NCBI GenBank assembly: GCA_965248355.1
Contig: OZ252098.1
Coordinates: 2,784,001-2,848,000 of the forward strand
DNA length: 64,000 nucleotides
Source of the DNA: Candidatus Latescibacterota bacterium
Lineage (GTDB): Bacteria; Latescibacterota; UBA2968; UBA8231
Direction: 5' to 3'
Part shown: in pieces, positions 56,094 to 64,000 of the stretch
How positions within the stretch are numbered: the stretch's first letter is position 1
Layout of the letters: each line of letters starts with the position of its first letter
Notes under the pieces: generated by a model
Told to the model about the DNA's origin: nothing
The model's input: only the letters and a program-made list of their open reading frames with translations
The model's database searches: none
Position numbers and translations under genes: made by a program

Positions 56094-57374
56094 GTGGAAC
56101 GCGATACCGCCTTCGAGATGGCCACCTCCAGCATCCGCTACGGCTCCGGGGTCACGGCGGAGATCGGCATGGACCTGGCCGACATGGGGGCGCGGAGGGC
56201 GCTGCTGGTCACCGACCCGAACCTGTCCCGCCTGGAGCCGGTGGCCGTGGCCCGCCAGTCCCTCGACGCCGCCGGGGTCGAGCACCAGCTCTTCGACGGC
56301 GTCCACGTGGAGCCCACGGACGCCTCTTTCCGCGAGGCCATCGCCGTGGCCGCGGAGGGAGGCTTCGACGCCTACGTCGCCGTGGGCGGCGGCTCCAGCA
56401 TCGACACGGCCAAGGCCGCCAACCTCTACGCCACCCATCCGCCGGAGGACTTCCTCGACTACGTCAACGCCCCCATCGGCAGGGGGCTGCCGGCGCCGGG
56501 ACCGCTGAAGCCGCTGATCGCCGTGCCGACCACCGCCGGGACCGGCTCGGAGACGACGGGGGTGGCCATCTTCGACCTGGTGGAGATGAAGGCCAAGACC
56601 GGCATCGCCCACCGCCGCCTGCGGCCGGTGCTGGGCCTCATCGACCCGGACAACACCCGCAGCCTGCCCCCGGCGGTGGCCGCCTCCACCGGACTGGACG
56701 TGCTCAGCCACGCCCTCGAGTCGTACACGGCCGTCCCCTACGACCGGCGGCCCCGGCCGGAGAGGCCGATCCTGCGTCCGGCCTACCAGGGCGCCAACCC
56801 GATCAGCGACCTGTGGGCCCTGCGGGCCCTGGAGATGATGGCCGCCTTCCTGCCGCGGGCCGTGGCCGACCCGGGCGACGACCAGGCGCGCGGGCAGATG
56901 CTGCTGGCCGCCGCCTTCGCCGGCATCGGCTTCGGCAACGCCGGCGTGCACCTGCCCCACGGCATGTCGTACCCCGTGGCCGGCATGGTCCGCGACTACG
57001 TGCCGGAGGGCTACGGCCTCGACTACCCCGTCGTGCCCCACGGCATCGCCGTGATCGTCAACGCCCCGGCGGTCTTCCGCTTCACGGCCTCGGCCAATCC
57101 CCAACGGCACCTGACCGCCGCCCGCATCCTCGGCGCCGACGTCACCGGGGTGAGCGAGGCCGACGCCGGACGGGTCCTGGCCGACGCCATCATCTCCCTC
57201 ATGCGGCGCCTCGACATCCCCAACGGTCTGTCCGCCCTCGGCTACGGGCGCGAGGACATCCCCTCCCTCGTGGAGGGGACCCTGCCCCAGCACCGCGTCA
57301 CCAAGCTGTCGCCTCGAGAAGCCGGAGCCGAAGAGCTGGCGGCGCTCTTCGAGGAGGCCCTGGCCTGCTGGTAG
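56094..57374 (+). CDS. Hydroxyacid-oxoacid transhydrogenase (iron-containing ADH family)
   Basis: GGGSSIDTAK, DFLDYVNAPIG, PTTAGTGSE, PAYQGANPISD, GNAGVHLPHGMSY. Confidence 0.88.
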   Translation: MERDTAFEMATSSIRYGSGVTAEIGMDLADMGARRALLVTDPNLSRLEPVAVARQSLDAAGVEHQLFDGVHVEPTDASFREAIAVAAEGGFDAYVAVGGGSSIDTAKAANLYATHPPEDFLDYVNAPIGRGLPAPGPLKPLIAVPTTAGTGSETTGVAIFDLVEMKAKTGIAHRRLRPVLGLIDPDNTRSLPPAVAASTGLDVLSHALESYTAVPYDRRPRPERPILRPAYQGANPISDLWALRALEMMAAFLPRAVADPGDDQARGQMLLAAAFAGIGFGNAGVHLPHGMSYPVAGMVRDYVPEGYGLDYPVVPHGIAVIVNAPAVFRFTASANPQRHLTAARILGADVTGVSEADAGRVLADAIISLMRRLDIPNGLSALGYGREDIPSLVEGTLPQHRVTKLSPREAGAEELAALFEEALACW

Positions 57375-57382
57375 GAGGAACC

Positions 57383-58480
57383 ATGCTCCGCATCGCCGAT
57401 CAGGGCACCATCTCCCACGCCGCCGGCCGCGGCGCCTACATGCCGTGGATCACGCCCCTGGCGGACGGCACCTTCGTCGCCAGCCAGCACGTGGGCGCGG
57501 GTCTCGGCTCCCCCGACAACCACGTGGTCGTGCTGCGCTCCGAGGACGGCTGCCGCTTCACCGAGATGGGCGCCGCCAGCCCCGCCGGCGACGGCTACGC
57601 CTACCGGGGACCGCAGATCAGCGTCGCCGGGGAGGGACCCCGGCTGGTGATGACCTGCAGCCGTTTCGAGACCGGGGGCGGCGGACAGCTCTTCGACCCC
57701 GACACCGAGGAGCTGCAGAGGCCCGAGCTCTGCCTGCTGTGGTCGGACGACGGCGGCGCCTCCTGGTCGGAGCCGCAGGTCGTGCCCGTCGATCTGCCGC
57801 CGGAGCGCTACACCTGGAACAGCGCCGGCCAGTTGCTGCAACTGGCGCCGGACCGCTGGATGTGGCCGCTGGAGACCTGGAAGCCCCAGGGTTACGAAGG
57901 CCCGCCGGATCAGCGCGCCTGGGCGATCTTCTCGGCCGACGGCGGCGCCACCTGGGGCGAGCTGACCGAGGTCGCCAACGACCCCGCGGGAGGCATCCTC
58001 TACTGGGACCAGATGAACTGCCGGCTGGCGGACGGCCGCATCTACACCCTGATCTGGACCCACCTATACGGCACGAAGGACGACATCGAGAACCACTGGG
58101 TGATCTCCGAGGACGACGGACGCACCTGGTCCGAGCCGCGGCCCACGAACCTGCGCGGTCAGGTGTGCACCCCCGTCCCCCTGGCCGACGGCCGCGTCGC
58201 CGCCGTCTACAACTACCGCCACGAGCCCCAGGGCGTTCGCGCCGCCCTCACCGAGGATCTCTCCACCTTCGACACCGGCAACGAGGTCGTCCTCTTCGAC
58301 GCCGGCGCCGAGGCCACCCTCGGCACCCCCGACCACGAGAACTTCCTCGCCGAGCACATGCTCATCGCCTTCGGCAAGCCCGGCGGCCGGCGCCTGGACG
58401 ACGGCTCCCTGCTGGCCTGGTTCTGGTGCACCTCGGGCGGCGTCACCCACACGCGCTGGGCGCGTCTCCAGACCGACTGA
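57383..58480 (+). CDS. Sialidase-family (BNR/Asp-box) protein
   Basis: AGGAGG RBS; SEDG, SDDGGASW, SADGGATW, SEDDGRTW. Confidence 0.75.
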   Translation: MLRIADQGTISHAAGRGAYMPWITPLADGTFVASQHVGAGLGSPDNHVVVLRSEDGCRFTEMGAASPAGDGYAYRGPQISVAGEGPRLVMTCSRFETGGGGQLFDPDTEELQRPELCLLWSDDGGASWSEPQVVPVDLPPERYTWNSAGQLLQLAPDRWMWPLETWKPQGYEGPPDQRAWAIFSADGGATWGELTEVANDPAGGILYWDQMNCRLADGRIYTLIWTHLYGTKDDIENHWVISEDDGRTWSEPRPTNLRGQVCTPVPLADGRVAAVYNYRHEPQGVRAALTEDLSTFDTGNEVVLFDAGAEATLGTPDHENFLAEHMLIAFGKPGGRRLDDGSLLAWFWCTSGGVTHTRWARLQTD

Positions 58481-58499
58481 AGGACCCGGGCCCGCGGCC

Positions 58500-59225
58500 T
58501 CAACGGCCGCCGTCGTTCCCGGTGTAGATCCTCTCGCCGCGCACCACCACCGTCTTGCCGTCCGGCGGCCCGGCCAGCTCGTCGGCGCTGCGGTAGCCGA
58601 TGGTCATGCTCGTGCGCGTGCCCGAGGTGCGGTTGGGGCCGATGCGGTGGAAGATCAGGCTGTCGATGGCCAGCAGCCCGCCGGCCGGCATGGGCACCGG
58701 CACCGCCTGCCCCGTGACGCGCGCCTCCGCGATCCAGTCCTCCTCCTCCAGGTGGTGCAGCCGGGGGCCGCCGGGCAGCAGGTGGGTGCCGGGGATGACC
58801 TGGGTGCAGCCGTTGTCGAGGGTGGTCTCCTCGAGATAGTGGATCACCGTGAGCAGGCCCCGGCTCCACTGCAGGATGTCGCGGTGGAAGGAGTCGGACC
58901 GCGTCGAGGCCACGTTGAGGGTGGCGTGGTTGTGGCGGTTGCGCACGACCTCGATGTTGGGGCCGAGGAGCGATTCCAGCGGGTCGAGGACGGCGGGATG
59001 GGTCGCCGCCTCGCGGAACACGGGCGCCCGGTCCCAGACCTGCGACAGCCGCACCACTCGGCCACCGGGGTCGCGCGCCACCGGGGCGGCTTCGGCGCGC
59101 ACGTCGGCGTCGATGGCCTGCCGAAGGCGGCTCACCAGCTCCTCCGGCAGGCGGCCTTCGAGCTGCAGGAACCCGTTGTGCCGGAACAGCCGCACCTGTT
59201 CCGCCGTCAGTGCCGCCTCGCTCAT
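58500..59225 (-). CDS. PhyH-family Fe(II)/2-oxoglutarate dioxygenase
   Basis: FRHNGF, FHRD, DNGCTQVIPGTH, IFHRIGPN...R. Confidence 0.85.
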   Translation of the reverse strand: MSEAALTAEQVRLFRHNGFLQLEGRLPEELVSRLRQAIDADVRAEAAPVARDPGGRVVRLSQVWDRAPVFREAATHPAVLDPLESLLGPNIEVVRNRHNHATLNVASTRSDSFHRDILQWSRGLLTVIHYLEETTLDNGCTQVIPGTHLLPGGPRLHHLEEEDWIAEARVTGQAVPVPMPAGGLLAIDSLIFHRIGPNRTSGTRTSMTIGYRSADELAGPPDGKTVVVRGERIYTGNDGGR

Positions 59226-59316
59226 GTCAGCTCCTCCGATTCCTGAGATATAGCGCCCCGGGCGACCACCGTCGAGCGTTTGCAGTGAGGGTAGCGGCCC
59301 CTCAAGTTCTTCCGTC

Positions 59317-60894
59317 ATGCCCCGCGTGCGCGACGTGAACACCACCGACCTGAAGGCGGCTCTCGAGCTCGGGGGCCGCTGCATGAGCGGGCTCTTCAAC
59401 GCCGACGACCCGAAGGGCGTCGCCTTCTTCAGCTCGCGCCTGCGGCCCGAGGCCCGCCTGGGCTTCAGCGGCGTCCACTCCGAGGCCCACGTGCCCGGCC
59501 GCCATCTGAACGCCCTGCTCGAGGCCGAGGACGCCGCCGGCGTCGAGGTCGAGGGGGAAGTGGTCCGGCGCCACCGGCGCGCGGCCCTGCTCTCCTACTC
59601 CGGGGCCGCTCCGCTTCCCCTCAACCGCAAGGAGATCGGCGGCGCCCCGGTCTCCTTCTGTCCCCACAACCTGCGCGAGGGCTTCCACGCCCTCCACGCC
59701 CTGGCCGCCTTCCGCGGCGATGGCGAGGCGGCGGAGATGGCCGAGCGCAGCGTGGGATGCATCCTCGACCTGTGGTCCCCCTCGCAGGGCTGGAACGAGG
59801 CCCGCCTCGAGTCGCTGGGGCTGGCATACATGGCCTGTCAGGGCTTCGTCCACGGCGAGGCGCGCATGCTCGGCCCTCTGGTAAAGATCCACCGGACCAC
59901 CGGTTCAGCCGCCGCCCTCGAGCTCGCCCTCGTGGTGCGCGACAAGCTCCTGGCGGAGGCCTTTCCCGAGGACGGGTCCTGGGACCCGGTGGGCGTCGGC
60001 ACGACCCACGTGCACTCCATCACCTGCTGCCTCTCCTCCCTGGCGCAGCTGGCCGCCCACCTCGGCGACGCCGTGCTGATGCAGCGGGTGCGGGCGTTCT
60101 ACGACCACGGCCTCTGGTGGCTGCGCGACGAGATCGGCTGGACGCCGGAGTCGACGGCGCAGACCGACTCCGACCACGGCGAGGCCAACAACACGGGCGA
60201 CATCCTCGAGGCCGCCCTGATCCTCGGCCGCCACGGCTGCGCGTCGGCGTACGCCGACGCCGAGCGCATCCTGCGCTGCCACCTGCTGCCGAGCCAGCTC
60301 CGGGACGCCTCCTTCATCGAGGAACCCCCCAACCCTCAGGGCGAGGACGGTCTGCGCGATCTCACCGGCCGCCACCTCGGCGCCTTCGGCTTTCCCGCGC
60401 CCTACGGCCACGAGTCCGCGGGCAAGGGGAGGGCGAACCTGTCCTTCAACATGGATATCGTCGGCGGCGCCTGTGCCTCCATCGCCGCCGCCTGCCGCGA
60501 GGTGGCCCGCGCCGACGGCGCCGGCGTCCACGTCGATCTGTGGTTCGACTGGGAGAACGAGACGGCCTCCGTGACCTCGCCCTACACGCACGACGGCCGG
60601 CTCACCGTGCGGGTCCGGCGGCCGGGACCGCTGTGGCTGCGGCTGCCGCCGTGGCTGGAGGGCGACCTGCCCCTGACCGGCGATTCCCCGGAACCGCGGC
60701 GCGTCGGCGATCACCTGTTCTTCCGCGACCTGCCCGCGGGGACCGGGATCCAGGCGCATGTCGATTTCCCGCACCGGGAGGTCGTGCTCTCCCCCCACCT
60801 GCACCGTCGCCCGATCCGCGCGCGCCTGCGCGGCGACGCCGTGGCTGCCATGGACGGCTTCGACGCCGATCTGACCTGGTTCGATCCCCTTTGA
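59317..60894 (+). CDS. Hypothetical protein, possibly an (alpha/alpha)6-barrel GH127-like glycosidase
   Basis: 525-aa ORF with normal codon bias; helical core, HGEANNT...YADAERILRCHLLPSQL, C-terminal LWLRLPPW. Confidence 0.45.
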   Translation: MPRVRDVNTTDLKAALELGGRCMSGLFNADDPKGVAFFSSRLRPEARLGFSGVHSEAHVPGRHLNALLEAEDAAGVEVEGEVVRRHRRAALLSYSGAAPLPLNRKEIGGAPVSFCPHNLREGFHALHALAAFRGDGEAAEMAERSVGCILDLWSPSQGWNEARLESLGLAYMACQGFVHGEARMLGPLVKIHRTTGSAAALELALVVRDKLLAEAFPEDGSWDPVGVGTTHVHSITCCLSSLAQLAAHLGDAVLMQRVRAFYDHGLWWLRDEIGWTPESTAQTDSDHGEANNTGDILEAALILGRHGCASAYADAERILRCHLLPSQLRDASFIEEPPNPQGEDGLRDLTGRHLGAFGFPAPYGHESAGKGRANLSFNMDIVGGACASIAAACREVARADGAGVHVDLWFDWENETASVTSPYTHDGRLTVRVRRPGPLWLRLPPWLEGDLPLTGDSPEPRRVGDHLFFRDLPAGTGIQAHVDFPHREVVLSPHLHRRPIRARLRGDAVAAMDGFDADLTWFDPL

Positions 60895-60928
60895 GCCGCG
60901 ATCCACCCAGCCGCCAGCGCCAGGACCC

Positions 60929-61575
60929 ATGACCGACATAGAGCAGAACTTCCTCGACTTCGCCCGGTTCCGGGGCGCCGAAGCGTTCTCCTGGTCCCTG
61001 TTCGACGGGTTCGAGAGGATCCATGCCGGCGAGGCGGAGTTCTACGTGGTCAGGGAGAACGTGGCCCATTCCAAGCTGTACCTCCTCGAGGGCGGGGAAC
61101 CGCCGCGACGGCGGGTGATCGCAGGTTCGGCCAACCTCTCCGAGCGGGCCTTCGCCGGCAAGCAACCGGAAACGCTCCTGGTCTTCGACGACGACGACGG
61201 CGCCTGGGACCACTACTCGCGGGAATACGACGCGGTGAAGAGGACCGCCTCCAACCGCATCGACCTGCCGGTCGATCTGAAGGAGGTTCTGACTCCGTCG
61301 GTCAAGGCGGAGCTCAAGAAACTGCGCTGGGTCAAGGGGGGCCAGGAGGAGGAGAATTCCAGACCTGTGCGGCTCAGCATCGACCGCGGTTCTCGCCATA
61401 TCTCCCTGTCGGGCGATACCGTGCCCCTCGAGGTCGACCGTGAGGGGCTGGCGCAGAGCGCCCGCGCGATCGTCGAGTACTTCGACAACTACGAGCGCGG
61501 CTTCATCGGCGACGTGCGCCGTCTGCAGCGGGGCTACTTCACCTTCATGTCCTGGCTCTACGCCTCCCCCTTCGG
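60929..61575 (+). pseudogene. Truncated PLD-family nuclease-domain protein
   Basis: HSKLYLL...IAGSANLS half-site; protein-like sequence ends at WLYASPF. Confidence 0.6.
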
Positions 61576-61962
61576 CCGATCACCTGCGCGGGGCTCCAGG
61601 TGGAGCGGTGCACGACCTCCTGCAGCGGCATCCCCAGGGCCAGCATCTTCGACATGGTCGCGTCCATGGTGGCGTTGGACAGCAGGCGGCTGCGGCGGTG
61701 CAGGTCGGTGCTGATCGTGTCGGGCGGGAAGCCCTGCTCCATGGCCGGCGCGGCCAGGTGCCAGTAGAAGCTCATGTTGCCGTGGCCCAGGTCGAAGACG
61801 CCGCCGCGCTCGCGGGCGGCCCACACGTAGTCGGCGACTCTCCGGGTCTCCCTGTCCACCAGGGGCGTGCGCGTCGAGTAGAGATGGGTGTGGATGTCGC
61901 CGGCGTCGAAGCGCTCGAGAAGCTCCTCGCAGGTGCGGGTGGGCCGCGGCGAGAAGTCGACC
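61572..61962 (-). pseudogene. Internal fragment of an amidohydrolase/deacetylase-family metallohydrolase
   Basis: GDIHTHLY, FDLGHG, PDTISTDLH, MSKMLALGMPL...STWSPA; no N- or C-terminus. Confidence 0.75.
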
Positions 61963-61964
61963 CT

Positions 61965-62112
61965 GGCGCCGTCTCCCGGACGCCGGCGGATCCTCCGGGC
62001 CCCGCTCGCGGCGCCAGATCTGCCGCTGGCGGTCGACGAGGCCCTCGAAGACGCCGCGCAGGCGTTGCAACTCCGGCGGCGGACGGCGTTGCGGATGATG
62101 CAGAAACCGTTT
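61965..62112 (-). pseudogene. Frameshifted N-terminal fragment, probably PhyH-like
   Basis: NGFCIIRNAV, then in another frame PPELQRLRGVFEGLVDRQRQIW. Confidence 0.4.
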
Positions 62113-62129
62113 CCTGCCGTTGCCCTTCG

Positions 62130-62283
62130 TGTCGCAAAATTGAGACAGGTGTCTCATATTGCTACACATGGCCCCTCGCTGCCCTCCCTGGGTTTATAAC
62201 CCGTTTATAAACAGTGGGTTGAACAGTTGACCCCCCTTCAGGCCACCGCGGGGGCAGGCGCAGGAATGTTTCAAAATGCGACA
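62130..62283. promoter_or_regulatory. Three putative enhancer-binding-protein sites (TGT-N11/12-ACA)
   Basis: TGTCGCAAAATTGAGACA 62130-62147, TGTCTCATATTGCTACA 62150-62166, TGTTTCAAAATGCGACA 62267-62283. Confidence 0.6.
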
Positions 62284-62363
62284 CTCGACCCCATTCCCCC
62301 GGGGCTTTCTCCCAATGCTTCAACTCGTTTATCTGCAATCAGTTAGCTCCCTTTCTTCGAAGA

Positions 62364-62378
62364 TGGCACAGTCTTTGC
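62364..62378 (+). promoter_or_regulatory. Sigma54 -24/-12 promoter
   Basis: TGGCAC-AGTCT-TTGC with exact consensus spacing, 43 nt before ATG 62422. Confidence 0.75.
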
Positions 62379-62421
62379 GCAGCCGCTCGAAATGTCCTGC
62401 CTCCGGCTTCCTACACGAGCG

Positions 62422-64000
62422 ATGCGGTTCCCCTCTCGATGCCATCCGGGTGACGGCCGTCCCGCCGCCCTGGGGCCTCTGGTCGTCTCCTTCCTGTGTC
62501 TGTTTCCGGGGGCCCTGTCCGAGTCGCGGGTGGAGGGCCAGGGTGGAGCCGGCGAACAAGAGGCTGCGGAGGCGGGCCCCTCGCGGCTGTACTGGACGGA
62601 CGCCGGCAGCGACAAGATCCAGCGGGCTCTTCTGGACGGCTCCGAGGTGGAAGAGGTGGTCGCCGGCCCCCGCCAACTGCGGGGTCTGGCCGTGGACCTG
62701 GCCGCCGGCCGGCTCTACTGGGCCGACCGCGGCGCCACCCGAATCCAGCGGGCCGACCTCGACGGCGGCGGCGAACAGGACCTGGTCACCCTCCTGAGCC
62801 ATCCCCGCAGCCTGGTGGTGGACGCCGACGCCGGGCGGCTCTACTGGACCGACTCCGGCACCGACAAGATCCAGCGGTCCGACCTCGACGGCTCGGGTGT
62901 GCAGGACCTGGTGGCCGACGGCCTGCAGACCCCCGTGGGCCTGGCCCTGGACGCCGACGCCGGGTGGCTCTACTGGAGCGACCGGGGCACCGGCAAGATC
63001 CAGCGGGCCCGCCTCGACGGCTCCGAGGTGGAGGACCTGGTCACCGGCCTGGACACGCCGCGGGGCCTGGCCCTGGGCGCCGGCAAGATCTACTGGACCG
63101 ACTCCGGCACCGACAAGATCCAGCGCGCCCACCTCGACGGCTCCGATATGGAGGATCTGGTCACCGGCCTGCGCCTGCCCCGGGCCCTGGCCCTGGACGC
63201 GGAGGCCGGCAAGATCTACTGGACCGACGCCGCCACCGGCAAGATCCAGTGCGCCAACCTCGACGGCTCCGATGTGCGCGACCTGGTCACCGGCCTGCGC
63301 GATCCCCGGGGCCTGGCCCTGGCCCTCACGGGGACGCCCAACCGCCCCCCGGTCCCGGCGCCGATGGCGGACCGCACCCTGGCCGCCGGAGACACCCTGA
63401 CGCTGCCGCTGACGGGTCACGACCCGGACGGCGACGACTTGACCTGGCAGGCCCGCTCGGCCGACGAGAAGGTGGCCGCCGCCGCGGTCCGGGCCGACTC
63501 CCTGCGCCTGGTGGCCCGGGCCCCCGGCCGGGCGGCGATCGCGGTCACCGCCCGCGACCCGGGGGGCCGCACCGGCACGGAGCGCTTCACCGTCACCGTA
63601 CCGGCCAACCAGCCGCCTCGGGCCGTGGCCCGGCTCTACTGGACCGAGTCCGGCCGCGGCCGGATCCGTCGCGCCCACCTCGACCGGCTCGGGGGTGGAA
63701 GACCTGGTCACCGGCCTGTCGCAGCCCCGGGGCCTGGCTCTTCACGCGGCCGGCGGCCGGCTCTACTGGACCGACCCCCGCGCCGACAAGATCCAGCGCG
63801 CGGCGCTGGACGGCTCGCTGGTGGAGGACCTGGTCGCCGACGGCCTGGAGGCGCCCTTCGGCGTGGCCCTGGACGCGGCCGCCGGAAAGCTCTACTGGAC
63901 CGACTACGGCACCGACCGGATCCAGCGGGCCGACCTCGACGGCTCGCAGATCCAGGACCTGGTCACCGAGGGCCTGGACCAGCCTTTGGGCGTGGCCGTG
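62422..64000 (+). CDS. Secreted YWTD (LDL-receptor class B) repeat protein with Ig/cadherin-like domain; +1 frameshift near 63685; runs off the window
   Basis: Six LYWTD/IYWTD...KIQRAxLDG repeats, NRPP...DPDGDDLTW...VTARDPGG...FTVTV, then further YWTD repeats continuing in the shifted frame; absent from the ORF track. Confidence 0.85.
   Translation, partial: MRFPSRCHPGDGRPAALGPLVVSFLCLFPGALSESRVEGQGGAGEQEAAEAGPSRLYWTDAGSDKIQRALLDGSEVEEVVAGPRQLRGLAVDLAAGRLYWADRGATRIQRADLDGGGEQDLVTLLSHPRSLVVDADAGRLYWTDSGTDKIQRSDLDGSGVQDLVADGLQTPVGLALDADAGWLYWSDRGTGKIQRARLDGSEVEDLVTGLDTPRGLALGAGKIYWTDSGTDKIQRAHLDGSDMEDLVTGLRLPRALALDAEAGKIYWTDAATGKIQCANLDGSDVRDLVTGLRDPRGLALALTGTPNRPPVPAPMADRTLAAGDTLTLPLTGHDPDGDDLTWQARSADEKVAAAAVRADSLRLVARAPGRAAIAVTARDPGGRTGTERFTVTVPANQPPRAVARLYWTESGRGRIRRAHLDRLGGGRPGHRPVAAPGPGSSRGRRPALLDRPPRRQDPARGAGRLAGGGPGRRRPGGALRRGPGRGRRKALLDRLRHRPDPAGRPRRLADPGPGHRGPGPAFGRGR

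Noticed and set aside
62580..64000. Periodic nucleotide repeats resembling a CRISPR array
   Set aside because: They are in-frame YWTD coding repeats with no unique spacers and no cas genes

Overview
High-GC bacterial DNA. The gene content (DUF6785-like membrane proteins, FlgD-Ig/PNGDGxND C-terminal domains, a C-terminal ...SWGRIK tail, YWTD and ASPIC/UnbV proteins, many orphan glycosidase-like genes) suggests Ca. Latescibacterota or a related FCB lineage, possibly a sponge symbiont; this is inference. Main blocks: (1) 1-6921, a DUF6785-like gene end, a decayed hydrolase and two tandem DUF4091-type paralogues; (2) 6935-12633, a lower-GC rfbF-rfbG-rfbH + GT2 + GT-C-like cassette; (3) 12806-21739, carbohydrate-active and secreted proteins; (4) 22462-38199, a tightly packed operon with a DUF6785-like permease, two cytoplasmic propeller hydrolases, three paralogous secreted proteins ending in a PNGDGxND domain, a 902-aa putative outer-membrane protein and a parvulin lipoprotein, which is the best candidate for an undescribed system; (5) 38203-43710, a dehydrogenase-sulfite oxidase-TPR-ASPIC/UnbV operon; (6) 43804-48328, a CxxU Rdx selenoprotein with SECIS that the ORF track misses, facing selA-selB-tRNA-Sec; (7) a sulfatase, truncated NTPase, vapBC, LOG, xylA, SDR, fbp, HOT, sialidase-like and PhyH genes; (8) a mosaic of gene fragments, then a sigma54 promoter with enhancer-like sites upstream of a frameshifted YWTD-repeat gene running off the window. 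All family calls come from motif recognition by eye, not database searches.
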